64,000 bases of DNA from an uncultured Solirubrobacteraceae bacterium (GTDB lineage: Bacteria > Actinomycetota > Thermoleophilia > Solirubrobacterales > Solirubrobacteraceae), in NCBI GenBank assembly GCA_964588985.1, contig CAZPQW010000013.1, forward strand, positions 1-64,000, given 5' to 3'. The position numbers were made by a program, and so were the translations under genes. Positions 18,255-27,527 of this stretch are shown in pieces (the first letter of the stretch is position 1; each line of letters opens with the position of its first letter). Under the pieces are notes generated by a model. It made no database searches. It saw only the letters and a list, made by a program, of their open reading frames with translations, and was not told where the DNA came from.

Positions 18255-19241
18255 TTGGCGGGTTTCGAGCGCTCACTGATCGAAGCCATCGCCGCCGAGC
18301 TCTCCGGCGGCGACTCGCGGGTCTTGCGCGGGATCGGCGACGACGCGGCCGTCGTGCGAGCGCGGCCGGTGTGCGTGACGTCCGTGGACGCGATGGTCGA
18401 GGGCGTTCACTTCCGCCTCGACGACGGCTGGGCGACACCAGCCGAGGTGGGACATCGGGCGCTGGCGGGCGCCCTCTCGGATCTCGCCGCGATGGGCGCC
18501 GACCCGGGTGAGGCATACCTGATGCTCGGCCTGCCGGCCGACTTCGGACACGACCGCGCGATGGAGCTGGTGCGTGCGGCGGGCGCGCTCGCCGCACGGA
18601 CGGGCACCGCGATCCTCGGCGGGGACGTCGTGGCGGCGCCGGTGCTGACCGTTTCCGTGACCGCCGTCGGCTGGGCCGACAGCGCCGAGGAGCTCGTCGG
18701 CCGAGACGGGGCGCGGGTCGGCGATCTCGTCGGCGTCACCGGGGGACTCGGCAGCGCAGGCGCGGCGCTCGCGGTGATGGAAGGGCAGGCACAGCGCACC
18801 CCGCAGGCGTTGGCGACGCTCGAGCGCGCGCGCAACCCGATGCCCAGGCTGAGCGAGGGACGCGCGCTGGCGCAGGCGGGCGCGCACGCGATGATCGACC
18901 TCTCCGACGGGCTCGCCACCGACGCCGCCCACATCGGCGAGCGCAGCGGGCTTTGCCTGCACGTTCGGCTCGCGACGCTTCCCCTCGCCGAGGGTGTCGC
19001 CGAGATAGCCGCCGAGCTGGGAGTCGCTCCGTGGCGTCTCGCGGCGGCGGGCGGCGAAGACTACGAGCTGTGCTTCTGCGCCGCCGCTGACGATCGCGCC
19101 GCGGTCGAGCTGGCCGTCCATGCGCTCGGCGAGGTGGACGTCACGTGGGTGGGCGAGGTGGTGGATGGCCCGCCCGGGGTGTCGCTGTCAGACGAGCGGG
19201 GTGAAACGGTTGCGATCGAGGGCTTTGAGCATCGTGTCTAG
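18255..19241 (+). CDS. thiL: Thiamine-monophosphate kinase
   Basis: GIGDDAAV, VEGVHF, LSDLAAMGA, MIDLSDGL and GGEDYEL; probable TTG start. Confidence 0.95.
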   Translation: MAGFERSLIEAIAAELSGGDSRVLRGIGDDAAVVRARPVCVTSVDAMVEGVHFRLDDGWATPAEVGHRALAGALSDLAAMGADPGEAYLMLGLPADFGHDRAMELVRAAGALAARTGTAILGGDVVAAPVLTVSVTAVGWADSAEELVGRDGARVGDLVGVTGGLGSAGAALAVMEGQAQRTPQALATLERARNPMPRLSEGRALAQAGAHAMIDLSDGLATDAAHIGERSGLCLHVRLATLPLAEGVAEIAAELGVAPWRLAAAGGEDYELCFCAAADDRAAVELAVHALGEVDVTWVGEVVDGPPGVSLSDERGETVAIEGFEHRV

Positions 19242-20045
19242 CTCGCGCCGCGCCTCGGTGGCGCTCGCCGGCGCGTCGATCGGGCGCGCGAGCAGGCGTC
19301 GCGCGGCACCCTCTGGAACCGTACGTGTCAGCCGCGCGTACACCAGCAGGCGTTTGGCGGCGCTGAACAGCGGCGTGCACGCGGACAGCACCAGGCGCGT
19401 GTAGCCGACCTTCGCGACCGCCGCCTGCACGTCCGTGGGTTCGACCACGCGCTGGCCGACGACCGTGTAGGTGAAGTGCGCGTAGGGCATCTGCAGCTCG
19501 ATCCGGCTCCCGGACCTCAGAGCGTCGATGTGGCGAAACGGGGCCAGGTAGGTCGTTCGGTGCCCCGCGATGGCCGTCGTTCCCGGTATGCCCGGGAAGG
19601 CGGTTGCCGGGTAGATCCCCGGCCCGCTCTCGAGGGCCTGGGTGCTCGTTCCGTCCACCATCACGAAGCTCGCGCCGATCCGCGGGATCACGATCCGCCC
19701 GATCGGGCTGCCGACGGGGGTGTGGCGCTGCAGCTCACGCGCCAGGAACGCGATCCGCCGACGCTGGTCGTCGAGGCTCGCGAGCGTGCGGCGCTCGGCC
19801 GGCGTGGCGGGCGCGCGTTCGACCTTGCGCAGCTGCTCGCCGAGGCGATCCTGGCGCAGCGTGGCGATCAGCGCGGAGACCGGCTCCTGCCACACGAGCG
19901 TGACGCCCGCGTCGATCAGCGCGAGCCCACCCGCCGCGATCACCACCACCGCGAGCACGCGCAGCGCGCGTGCGGAGAGCGATCGACGCTCCTCGGCCGC
20001 AGCCGATCCCGTGGGGGCTGAGGAGCTGAGCGAGAGGTCGGACAC
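19188..20045 (-). CDS. Sortase (class D/E-like)
   Basis: N-terminal TM; IAGHRTTY and LVLSACTP...KRLLV give the His-Cys-Arg triad. Confidence 0.92.
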   Translation of the reverse strand: MSDLSLSSSAPTGSAAAEERRSLSARALRVLAVVVIAAGGLALIDAGVTLVWQEPVSALIATLRQDRLGEQLRKVERAPATPAERRTLASLDDQRRRIAFLARELQRHTPVGSPIGRIVIPRIGASFVMVDGTSTQALESGPGIYPATAFPGIPGTTAIAGHRTTYLAPFRHIDALRSGSRIELQMPYAHFTYTVVGQRVVEPTDVQAAVAKVGYTRLVLSACTPLFSAAKRLLVYARLTRTVPEGAARRLLARPIDAPASATEARRELDTMLKALDRNRFTPLV

Positions 20046-20052
20046 AGCGCCC

Positions 20053-21852
20053 CTATCGTCGCAGAGCGGACTCCGTCCCACCAAGCGATCCCGGCCCGGC
20101 GTATGAGAGAGGGCCGCGGATCGTCACCTCCGCGTCGTCGGTCGAGCGCATCCCGGGCAACGGCAGCGGCGCGGCGGCGCCCGCTGCCACGATCCCGGCC
20201 GCGACCACGCAGCCGAGCGCCGCGCTCCACACCAGCGCCGCGAAGAAACCCACGTGACCGCCCGCGAGCAGCAGCAGGCCCGTCCACGCCACCCCGCCCG
20301 CCCCGAGGCCGAGCTGGTGGGCATAGAAGACGACGAGCAGTACCAGCGGCACCATCGCGACCGCGATCAGCGCGTAGGAGCCGCCGCGCCGGGGGCGCAG
20401 CTCGGGCGAGGCGAGCAGCAGGCCGAGGTGGAGCGCGGGCAGCATCAGCAGAGCGGTGAACGGGTTGGCCGCCCACACCACCACGCCGATCCCCAGCGCC
20501 ACGATCATCATCGCCAGGCCGCCGGTCTCCGGGTCGGCTCGCGCGCCCCAGCCCAGACGCCGCACGAGCGTCACCCACAGGAGCCACGACAGCGCGAACG
20601 TGAGCAGCGCCGCGACTACCGCGGTGGCGGCCTTCCCGTCGAACGGCATGGCGCTCGGCAGGACCGGCACCGACGGCGCTGCGCCGACGATTCCCAGCCA
20701 GCCGAGCAGGTACGCGAACAGCGCGCACGCGAAGAACGGCAGGGCGCAGCTGAGCGTCCACAGCGTCCACCGGCCCACGCGCAGGCGCCTTCGGCGTGCA
20801 CGCGCCAGGCCGTCGGCGAGCGCCACCAGCACCGGCACGAGCAGCATCCCGGTGAGGAGCCTCAGCGCCCACGCGGGCACGGTCTTGCGCTGCAGCAGCA
20901 GGCCGCCCTGCATCGCGTGGGAGACATCCGGGGCCTTGTCGAGGGCGTCGACCGCGCTGAGCGTCGCGCGACCGAACCCTTCCATCCGTTCCGCGCTCAC
21001 CACCTGCCCGGGGGAGGGGCCGCGTTCGCCGGAGACCTGGACGAGCACCGCCGGGAGGCCGTCGCGGTCGAGCACGCCCTGCTCGCCCACCGCGAGCGGG
21101 AACGCGAGGTGCGCCAGCTGGCCGAACAGGCTCGGTGCGCCGGCGTCGTAGGCGGCCTCGTTCTTGAGCGCGTCCACGACCGTGCGCTGCAGCTGCAGGG
21201 GCGCGGAGCCGAAGCCGTCGGAGTAGGGCACCACCGACGGCCGGCGTCCATGGACGCCGGCGACGTCGCCGAGCACGATCGCCGCGTCGAAGGGCCCGTG
21301 CAGGCTGGCAAGCAGCTCGCTTGTGCCGGCGTCGCCGCCGCTGCCGCCGCTGGTGGACGCGAGGATGATCGTGCGCTTCGTCTCGCGCGCCGCGAACACC
21401 CGCGCCAGCTCGAGCAGCGCCGCCGTCCCCGACAGCTCCGCCCGCGAGCCTCGTACCGCCGCGTCGCGGTGCGCGACGATCACGATCGGCGCGGCGTTGG
21501 TGGAGCCGGGCCGTTGCGCGACGACGGTGCTCAGCGTGCGCTCGCCGTCTATCGTCTGCGCTTCGAAGCGCTGCTCGTGCACCGAGAAGCCTCCACCGGC
21601 GCTGCCGCCGAGCCCTTCGAGCATACGCATGACGTAGTTGGCGAGCGCATCGTCGCCCGCGCTGCCGGGACGCCTTTCGGGGAAGGTCGCCGCGAGGCGG
21701 TTCAGCTCGGCGAAGGCACGCTTGCCTTCGAACGCGTCGGGGGCGAGCGTCGAGGTGAGCGGCAGCGGGCGCCCCCCGAGCGAGAACGCGGCGATTGCGA
21801 GTGCGAACAGGAAGGGCACGAAGGCCGCGCGATAGAGGCGCCCGTTGAGCAT
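20053..21852 (-). CDS. Membrane protein with degenerate M28 peptidase-like domain and about 7 C-terminal TMs
   Basis: RRPGSAGD, IVIVAHRD and SGTAALLELARVF; the canonical ND and EE ligands are absent. Confidence 0.75.
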   Translation of the reverse strand: MLNGRLYRAAFVPFLFALAIAAFSLGGRPLPLTSTLAPDAFEGKRAFAELNRLAATFPERRPGSAGDDALANYVMRMLEGLGGSAGGGFSVHEQRFEAQTIDGERTLSTVVAQRPGSTNAAPIVIVAHRDAAVRGSRAELSGTAALLELARVFAARETKRTIILASTSGGSGGDAGTSELLASLHGPFDAAIVLGDVAGVHGRRPSVVPYSDGFGSAPLQLQRTVVDALKNEAAYDAGAPSLFGQLAHLAFPLAVGEQGVLDRDGLPAVLVQVSGERGPSPGQVVSAERMEGFGRATLSAVDALDKAPDVSHAMQGGLLLQRKTVPAWALRLLTGMLLVPVLVALADGLARARRRRLRVGRWTLWTLSCALPFFACALFAYLLGWLGIVGAAPSVPVLPSAMPFDGKAATAVVAALLTFALSWLLWVTLVRRLGWGARADPETGGLAMMIVALGIGVVVWAANPFTALLMLPALHLGLLLASPELRPRRGGSYALIAVAMVPLVLLVVFYAHQLGLGAGGVAWTGLLLLAGGHVGFFAALVWSAALGCVVAAGIVAAGAAAPLPLPGMRSTDDAEVTIRGPLSYAGPGSLGGTESALRR

Positions 21853-21961
21853 CCGCCTAGACGATAGTTCTCGCCTCGGCTCCTCGTGTGGGTACAGGCC
21901 CGCAAACTGCGAAAGACCACGAGGCCGGATCAGCGCGCGCGGTTAGGTATCGTGCCGGCGC

Positions 21962-23197
21962 GTGCTCCAGCCCGTCGCCGTAGGCCACAAGACACTCGCC
22001 GACTACACCCACATCTGCGGGCGCGATCTGATCGCCGAAATCCGTGAGCTGGCCGAGCCGCTGAAGGGTCAGCGGGTGGTGCACATCTCCGCGACCGCGT
22101 TCGGCGGAGGCGTCTCGGAGATCCTCTACACGCTCGTGCCGTTGATGCGCGACGTGGGACTCGACTGCGAGTGGCACGTGATCTACGGCCGCGAAGAGTT
22201 CTTCAACGCGACCAAGCTCATGCACAACGCACTTCAAGGCGCGCCGCAGGACCTCGACGAGGAGCAGTGGGCGACCTGGCGCAAGTACAACGAGATGAAC
22301 GCCAGGGAGCTCTCCGATGGGTGGGACGTGTGCCTCGTGCACGACCCCCAGCCCGCAGCGCTCTTCCAGCTCGTCCCGGAGAAGTCCAAGGGCTGGGTGT
22401 GGCGCTGCCACATCGACGTGTCAACCCCCAACCCGGACACGATCGCGCAGCTGCTGCCCTACATCAAGGACTACCCGCAGTCGCTGTTCCACATGCGCGA
22501 GTACGTCCCCACGGGGATGGGCGGCCACGTCAACGTGGTGCCGCCCGCGATCGACCCGTTGACGCCGAAGAACATGGCGCTCTCGCCGGAGGACGCGGCG
22601 TTCGTGTGCGGGCAGTTCGGCATCGACCTCGACCGGCCGCTGATCTGCCAGGTCTCGCGCTTCGACCCGTGGAAGGACCCGCTGGGGGTGATCGACTCAT
22701 ATCGTCAGGTCAAGCAGACGAACCCCGACGTGCAGCTGGCGCTGGTGGGCTCGATGGCCAGCGACGACCCCGAGGGCTGGGACTTCTTCAACGCCACCGT
22801 CGCCCACGCCGACGGCGACCCCGACGTGCACATCCTCAACAACTTCAACAACGTCGGCGCGATCGAGGTCAACGCGTTCCAGTCCCACGCCGACGTCCTG
22901 ATCCAGAAGTCCACCCGCGAGGGGTTCGGGCTGACGGTGTCGGAGGCGATCTGGAAGGGGCGTCCGTTCATCGGCGGCAACGTCGGCGGGATACCCCTGC
23001 AGATCGAGGACGGCGTCACCGGCTACCTCGTCTCCAGCGCCGAGGAATGCGCCGAGCGCACGCTCGAGATCCTGCGCGACCCGGAGCTGGGCCGCTCGCT
23101 CGGCAAACGTGGCAAGGAGCACGTCCGCACGCACTTCCTCACCCCGCGCTACCTGCGCGACTACCTCAAGATCTTCAACGAGCTGCGCGAAGCATGA
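21962..23197 (+). CDS. treT: Trehalose synthase TreT-like GT4 glycosyltransferase
   Basis: TAFGGGVSEIL, HNALQG, VHDPQP, WRCHID, SRFDPWKDP and EGFGLTVSEA. Confidence 0.9.
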   Translation: MLQPVAVGHKTLADYTHICGRDLIAEIRELAEPLKGQRVVHISATAFGGGVSEILYTLVPLMRDVGLDCEWHVIYGREEFFNATKLMHNALQGAPQDLDEEQWATWRKYNEMNARELSDGWDVCLVHDPQPAALFQLVPEKSKGWVWRCHIDVSTPNPDTIAQLLPYIKDYPQSLFHMREYVPTGMGGHVNVVPPAIDPLTPKNMALSPEDAAFVCGQFGIDLDRPLICQVSRFDPWKDPLGVIDSYRQVKQTNPDVQLALVGSMASDDPEGWDFFNATVAHADGDPDVHILNNFNNVGAIEVNAFQSHADVLIQKSTREGFGLTVSEAIWKGRPFIGGNVGGIPLQIEDGVTGYLVSSAEECAERTLEILRDPELGRSLGKRGKEHVRTHFLTPRYLRDYLKIFNELREA

Positions 23198-24660
23198 CCG
23201 GGGAGCCGGCACAGCGGACTCCGCTGGTGCTGGTCAGCAACCGCGGTCCGGTCACTTTCCAGGCCGACGGTGAGGTCCAGCGCGGCTCCGGCGGACTGGT
23301 GACGGCCCTGACGGGCCTCGCGTCCCACCGCGAAGCGATCTGGATCGCCTCGGCGATGAACGAGCACGACGCGAACGTCTCGCGTGCGCACGGCGGCCAC
23401 GCGTTCCCGGTGCGATCGCCGGCGGGCGGGGAATACCACGTGCGCCTGGTGGTGAGCGACCCGGACGCGTACGACCGCTTCTACAACGAGTTCGCCAACC
23501 CGATGCTGTGGTTCATCCAGCACTACCTGTGGGACCTGTCCAACGCGCCAGACATCCGCCGCGAGGAGATCGAGGCGTTCGAGTTCGGCTACAACGTCGT
23601 CAACGAAGACCTCGCGCGCGCCGTGGTGGAGCAGCTGCACGACACCGCCGAACCGGTGGTGATGGTCCACGACTACCACCTCTACACGCTGCCGGACCTC
23701 GTCCGCAGGGCTCGCCCGGACGTGTTCCTGCACCACTTCATCCATATCCCGTGGACCCAGCCGGACTCCTGGCGGGTGCTGCCGACACGGATCCGCGAGG
23801 AGATCTTCGCGGGGCTGCTCGCGAACGACATCGTGGGCTTCCACACCCGCTCCTACAGGCACAACTTCCTGCAGTGCTGTCGCGATCTGATGGACCTCGA
23901 CGTGGACTTCGAGCGCGGCGTGGTGAAGTTCCGCGACCGCGAGGTATGGGTGAGGGCCTATCCGCTGCCGATCGACCACAAGGCGACGCGCCAGATCGCC
24001 CAGGGCGAGCGCGTGAGCCAGTTCGAGGAGGAGCTGCTGCGCCGCCGCCGCGACTTCCTGATCCTGCGCGTGGACCGCGCCGACCTGAGCAAGAACGTGC
24101 TGCGCGGGTTCTCCGCGTTCGACCTGTTCCTCGAGCAGCACCCCGAGTTCTCCGAGCGCGTGACGTTCATGGCGCAGATGATGCCCTCACGGACCGATGT
24201 GCCCCAGTACGCCGAGTACCTGGAGCGGATCGAGGCGCTCGTGGCGGTCGTCAACCACCGCCACGGCACCCCCGACTGGATGCCGATCCAGCTGAAGCTG
24301 CGCGACGACCTGGACGAGGCGATGGCCGCGTACAAGCACTACGACGTGCTGCTGGTGAACGCGATGTTCGACGGCATGAACCTCGTCGCCAAGGAGGGTC
24401 CGATCGTCAACGAGCGCGAGGGCGTGTCGATCCTCTCGGAGAACACCGGCGCACACGAGGAGCTCGGCGAGTACGCGCTGTCGGTGAACCCGTTCGACAT
24501 CCAGGAGCTGGCCAACTCGATCTACGCGGCGCTGACGATGGAGCCGCACGAGCGCCGCAGGAGAGCCGACGGATTGGTGGAGATCGTGACCTCGCGCGAC
24601 CCCGGCGACTGGATCGACGAGCAGCTCGCAGACATCCGCGCGAAGGGACGCGCGGGGTAG
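23194..24660 (+). CDS. otsA: Trehalose-6-phosphate synthase (GT20)
   Basis: VSNRGP, GGLVTAL, HDYHL, FIHIPW, RVDRADLSKN and DGMNLVAKE; ATGA overlap with treT. Confidence 0.9.
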   Translation: MTGEPAQRTPLVLVSNRGPVTFQADGEVQRGSGGLVTALTGLASHREAIWIASAMNEHDANVSRAHGGHAFPVRSPAGGEYHVRLVVSDPDAYDRFYNEFANPMLWFIQHYLWDLSNAPDIRREEIEAFEFGYNVVNEDLARAVVEQLHDTAEPVVMVHDYHLYTLPDLVRRARPDVFLHHFIHIPWTQPDSWRVLPTRIREEIFAGLLANDIVGFHTRSYRHNFLQCCRDLMDLDVDFERGVVKFRDREVWVRAYPLPIDHKATRQIAQGERVSQFEEELLRRRRDFLILRVDRADLSKNVLRGFSAFDLFLEQHPEFSERVTFMAQMMPSRTDVPQYAEYLERIEALVAVVNHRHGTPDWMPIQLKLRDDLDEAMAAYKHYDVLLVNAMFDGMNLVAKEGPIVNEREGVSILSENTGAHEELGEYALSVNPFDIQELANSIYAALTMEPHERRRRADGLVEIVTSRDPGDWIDEQLADIRAKGRAG

Positions 24661-24698
24661 AAGCTCGCGCGACCCGCTACTCTTTCGCGCAGCGACCC

Positions 24699-25130
24699 AT
24701 GACCCTGCCCGCACCCACATACGACCTCGTGCTCCTGCTCGACCCCAAGGCCGAGGATGCGACGCGCGCGAAGATCGTCGCCGACACCCGCGCGACGATC
24801 GAGGCGCAGGGCGAGCTGCTGCGCCACGACGAGTGGGGCGAGCGGCCGCTGACCTACCCGATCGACAAGCAGTCGAGCGCGGAGTACCACCTGCTGCAGT
24901 TCCACGCGGGAAGCCCGGACCTGCTCAGCGGCCTCGACCGCACGCTGCGCATCACCGACGGGCTCGTGCGCTTCCGGATCATCAAGCTGAAGCCCGGGGT
25001 GCCCGACGCTCCGGACATGCGCTCCTCCTCGGCGCCGCCCGCGCGGCGCACTGAGCCAGAGGCTCACGAGGAGGCTGAGCCGATCGAGGCTCCGGCGCTC
25101 GCCGACGTACCCGTCGCTGACCTCGCCTAA
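24699..25130 (+). CDS. rpsF: 30S ribosomal protein S6
   Basis: YDLVLLLDP...DEWGERPLTYPIDK...LDRTLRITDGLVRF. Confidence 0.9.
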   Translation: MTLPAPTYDLVLLLDPKAEDATRAKIVADTRATIEAQGELLRHDEWGERPLTYPIDKQSSAEYHLLQFHAGSPDLLSGLDRTLRITDGLVRFRIIKLKPGVPDAPDMRSSSAPPARRTEPEAHEEAEPIEAPALADVPVADLA

Positions 25131-25233
25131 GTTCCAAAGCTGGATATCTCCGCGAGGAGTCGTGGGTTACTACGCACGTGATGTTCTCGTGTGGAGTAAT
25201 AAGATCGGACCGATGAACTGGGCTGCCGAGGAC

Positions 25234-25869
25234 ATGAGCGACCGCACCACCAGTAGGACCGACGTGCTGCGGGCCTCGCCGCCGATGTTCGAGTCGCGGG
25301 CGCTCGACGCGCTCTCGCGCGTGCACCCGAGCGTGCCGGTGATCATCTTCGGGCCGGCGATCGCCGCGATGGCGGCCTGGGGCCTCTCGAGCCTCGGCGT
25401 CGTGTCGGTGCTGGGCCTGGCCGTGGCGGGCTACGCGCTGTGGACGCTGTTCGAGTACTGGCTGCACCGGCTCGTGTTCCACTTCGAGCCCGAGGACGGT
25501 CTTGGGGCGCGCCTGCACTGGATCATCCACGGCGTCCACCACGACCACCCCAACGACCCCCTGCGGCTCGTGATGCCCCCCGCTGTGAGCGTCCCGCTCG
25601 CGGCGGCGGTGTTCGGGGTGCTCTACGTCGTGTTCGGCTCGCGCTACGCGCCGGCGCTCGGCGCGGGCTTCTTCACGGGCTACCTGATCTACGACATGAT
25701 GCACTACTACCTGCACCACTTCCGCCCGCACGGACGCCTCGGCCGGATGCTGCGCGAGCGGCACATGCGCCACCACTTCCAGGACGACACGCGCGGCTTC
25801 GGCATCAGCGCGCCATACTGGGACGAGGTGTTCCGCACCTCCACGCGCACGAAGCGATCCTCGCAATAA
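25234..25869 (+). CDS. Fatty acid hydroxylase / sterol desaturase family (FA2H/Scs7-like)
   Basis: His boxes EYWLHRLVFH, HGVHH, YDMMHYYLHH and HMRHHF; RLVMPP. Start is 25213 or 25234. Confidence 0.92.
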   Translation: MSDRTTSRTDVLRASPPMFESRALDALSRVHPSVPVIIFGPAIAAMAAWGLSSLGVVSVLGLAVAGYALWTLFEYWLHRLVFHFEPEDGLGARLHWIIHGVHHDHPNDPLRLVMPPAVSVPLAAAVFGVLYVVFGSRYAPALGAGFFTGYLIYDMMHYYLHHFRPHGRLGRMLRERHMRHHFQDDTRGFGISAPYWDEVFRTSTRTKRSSQ

Positions 25870-25983
25870 GCGGGGTCGTCTGGGCGTGGCGCTCGCGTCA
25901 CGCCCGAAGGCCGGTCTAGACTCGATCGTTCGAGTTTCAAGGTCCGAGGACCGCACGAGGAACAAGCTGAAAGGAATAGAGCC

Positions 25984-26451
25984 GTGGCCGCCACAAACAT
26001 CAACCGGGTCGTATTGACCGGGAACCTCACCGCCGACCCGGAGCTGCGCTCGCTGCCGAGCGGCACTTCGGTGTGCAAGCTCCGCATCGCTTGCAACACC
26101 CGCCGCAAGGGAAGCAGCGGCGAATGGGAGGACAAGCCGAACTACTTCAACGTCACCGTGTGGGGCGCGCAGGGCGAGAATGCGGCCCGCTATCTCTCCA
26201 AGGGACGCCCCGTGGCGATCGACGGACGCCTGGAGTGGCGGGAGTGGGAGACCCAGGAGGGTGCAAAACGCCAGGACATCGATATCATTGCCGACTCGGT
26301 GCAGTTCCTGGGTTCGCGCGACGATGCCTCCGGCGGGGGCGGATTCGCCGGCAATGGAGCTTCCAGGGGTAGCGACGTCCCGGTAGACGAAGGGGACTTC
26401 CAGCCCGCACCTGTCGCCAGCGGAGCCGGCGACGACGACATTCCGTTCTAG
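25984..26451 (+). CDS. ssb: Single-stranded DNA-binding protein
   Basis: INRVVLTGNLTADPELR; C-terminal DDDIPF. Confidence 0.98.
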   Translation: MAATNINRVVLTGNLTADPELRSLPSGTSVCKLRIACNTRRKGSSGEWEDKPNYFNVTVWGAQGENAARYLSKGRPVAIDGRLEWREWETQEGAKRQDIDIIADSVQFLGSRDDASGGGGFAGNGASRGSDVPVDEGDFQPAPVASGAGDDDIPF

Positions 26452-26525
26452 CCAGACAGCGAGGTCTTAGTGTTTTCCACCGTATCCATGCTCGATCGTA
26501 ACCGCAGCTGCGGCGGAGAACTCTG

Positions 26526-26849
26526 ATGGCCAAGGCACGCGGTCGCGGCAAGCCGGTTCGTCGCAGGGACAAGAAGGGCGCGGCCGGCAGCGGCCGGCGC
26601 AAGCCCTGCCAGCACTGCCGCGACAAGGTCGACCAGGTCGACTACAAGGACATCGCCTCGCTGAAGAAGTTCATCTCGGAGAAGGGCAAGATCCGCTCGC
26701 GGCGGATCACCGGCTCGTGCCGCCGCCACCAGGTGCAGATCGCGCGTGCGGTCAAGCGGGCGCGCGAGCTGGCGCTGCTGCCCTACGTGAACGAGGGTGG
26801 CCGCGACGACAGCCCCCGTCGTGAGCGCGGCGACCGCGGCGACCGCTAG
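26526..26849 (+). CDS. rpsR: 30S ribosomal protein S18 (Zn-ligand-containing form)
   Basis: [37 protein letters not shown]. Confidence 0.97.
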   Translation: MAKARGRGKPVRRRDKKGAAGSGRRKPCQHCRDKVDQVDYKDIASLKKFISEKGKIRSRRITGSCRRHQVQIARAVKRARELALLPYVNEGGRDDSPRRERGDRGDR

Positions 26850-26857
26850 GGGTAACG

Positions 26858-27310
26858 GTGCCCGAAGCGATTCTCCTCAAGGACGTCGAGGCTCTCGGTG
26901 AGCAGGGTGCGGTGGTGGACGTATCGAAGGGCTACCTGCGCAACTACCTGCTCCCGCGTAACCTCGCCCAGCCGGCGACCAAAGGCGCGATAGAGACGAT
27001 CCGCCAGCGTCAGGCGGCGGCCGAGCGGATGGCGCGCGAAGCGGTCGAGAAAGCACAGGAGAACGTCAACCTGCTGAACCGCACGGTGCTGACGATCCCG
27101 CAGCAGGCCGGCGCGGACGGACGGCTGTTCGGGTCCGTCACGGCGCAGGACATCGCGAGCGCGATCCGCGAAGCTCGTGGGCTGCGGATCGACAAACGCG
27201 GCGTGCACCTCCCCGAGCCGATCAAGAACGTCGGCACCTACATGGTGGTGGTCGAAGTGGTCGACGGTGTGACCGCGACGATCAAGACCATGGTTGTTGC
27301 CAAGAAATAG
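26858..27310 (+). CDS. rplI: 50S ribosomal protein L9
   Basis: ILLKDVEALG...KGYLRNYLLP...GRLFGSVT. Confidence 0.97.
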   Translation: MPEAILLKDVEALGEQGAVVDVSKGYLRNYLLPRNLAQPATKGAIETIRQRQAAAERMAREAVEKAQENVNLLNRTVLTIPQQAGADGRLFGSVTAQDIASAIREARGLRIDKRGVHLPEPIKNVGTYMVVVEVVDGVTATIKTMVVAKK

Positions 27311-27429
27311 GCGCTCCGGAGATTGAGCCGGAGCGTCCCAGGCCGCTACGCGGCGAGGGACGCTCGTCTCAACTCCTCCGCTTAGCCGAGAACTGCCACC
27401 GGGCGTGGCGGGTCCGTCTTTGGTTGCTG

Positions 27430-27443
27430 CGAACATGTGTTCG
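27430..27443. promoter_or_regulatory. LexA (SOS/Cheo) box
   Basis: CGAAC-ATGT-GTTCG matches the Gram-positive/actinobacterial GAAC-N4-GTTC consensus; intergenic, about 85 nt upstream of dnaB. Confidence 0.7.
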
Positions 27444-27527
27444 TGACGACGCCGCATCTTTTTCGCGCCGCATTTGCGGGAACGACCGCTGGGCCGCGCT
27501 CGGGCGCGGCCTAGACTCGGCACGACC

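Noticed and set aside
19188-19241. Convergent 3' overlaps (thiL/sortase; also ymdB/GT87 at 48747-48829)
   Set aside because: Short tail overlaps are common in compact high-GC genomes; no sign of function
22171-24660. Apparent long N-terminal extensions or fusions in the ORF track (otsA 829 aa, rpsF 540 aa, loader 510 aa, ddl 507 aa, aminotransferase 667 aa)
   Set aside because: Stop-free upstream frames; real starts lie at internal ATGs that overlap or follow the previous gene
26470-26492. DnaA-box-like 9-mers between ssb and rpsR
   Set aside because: Two or more mismatches each and no cluster; not supportable
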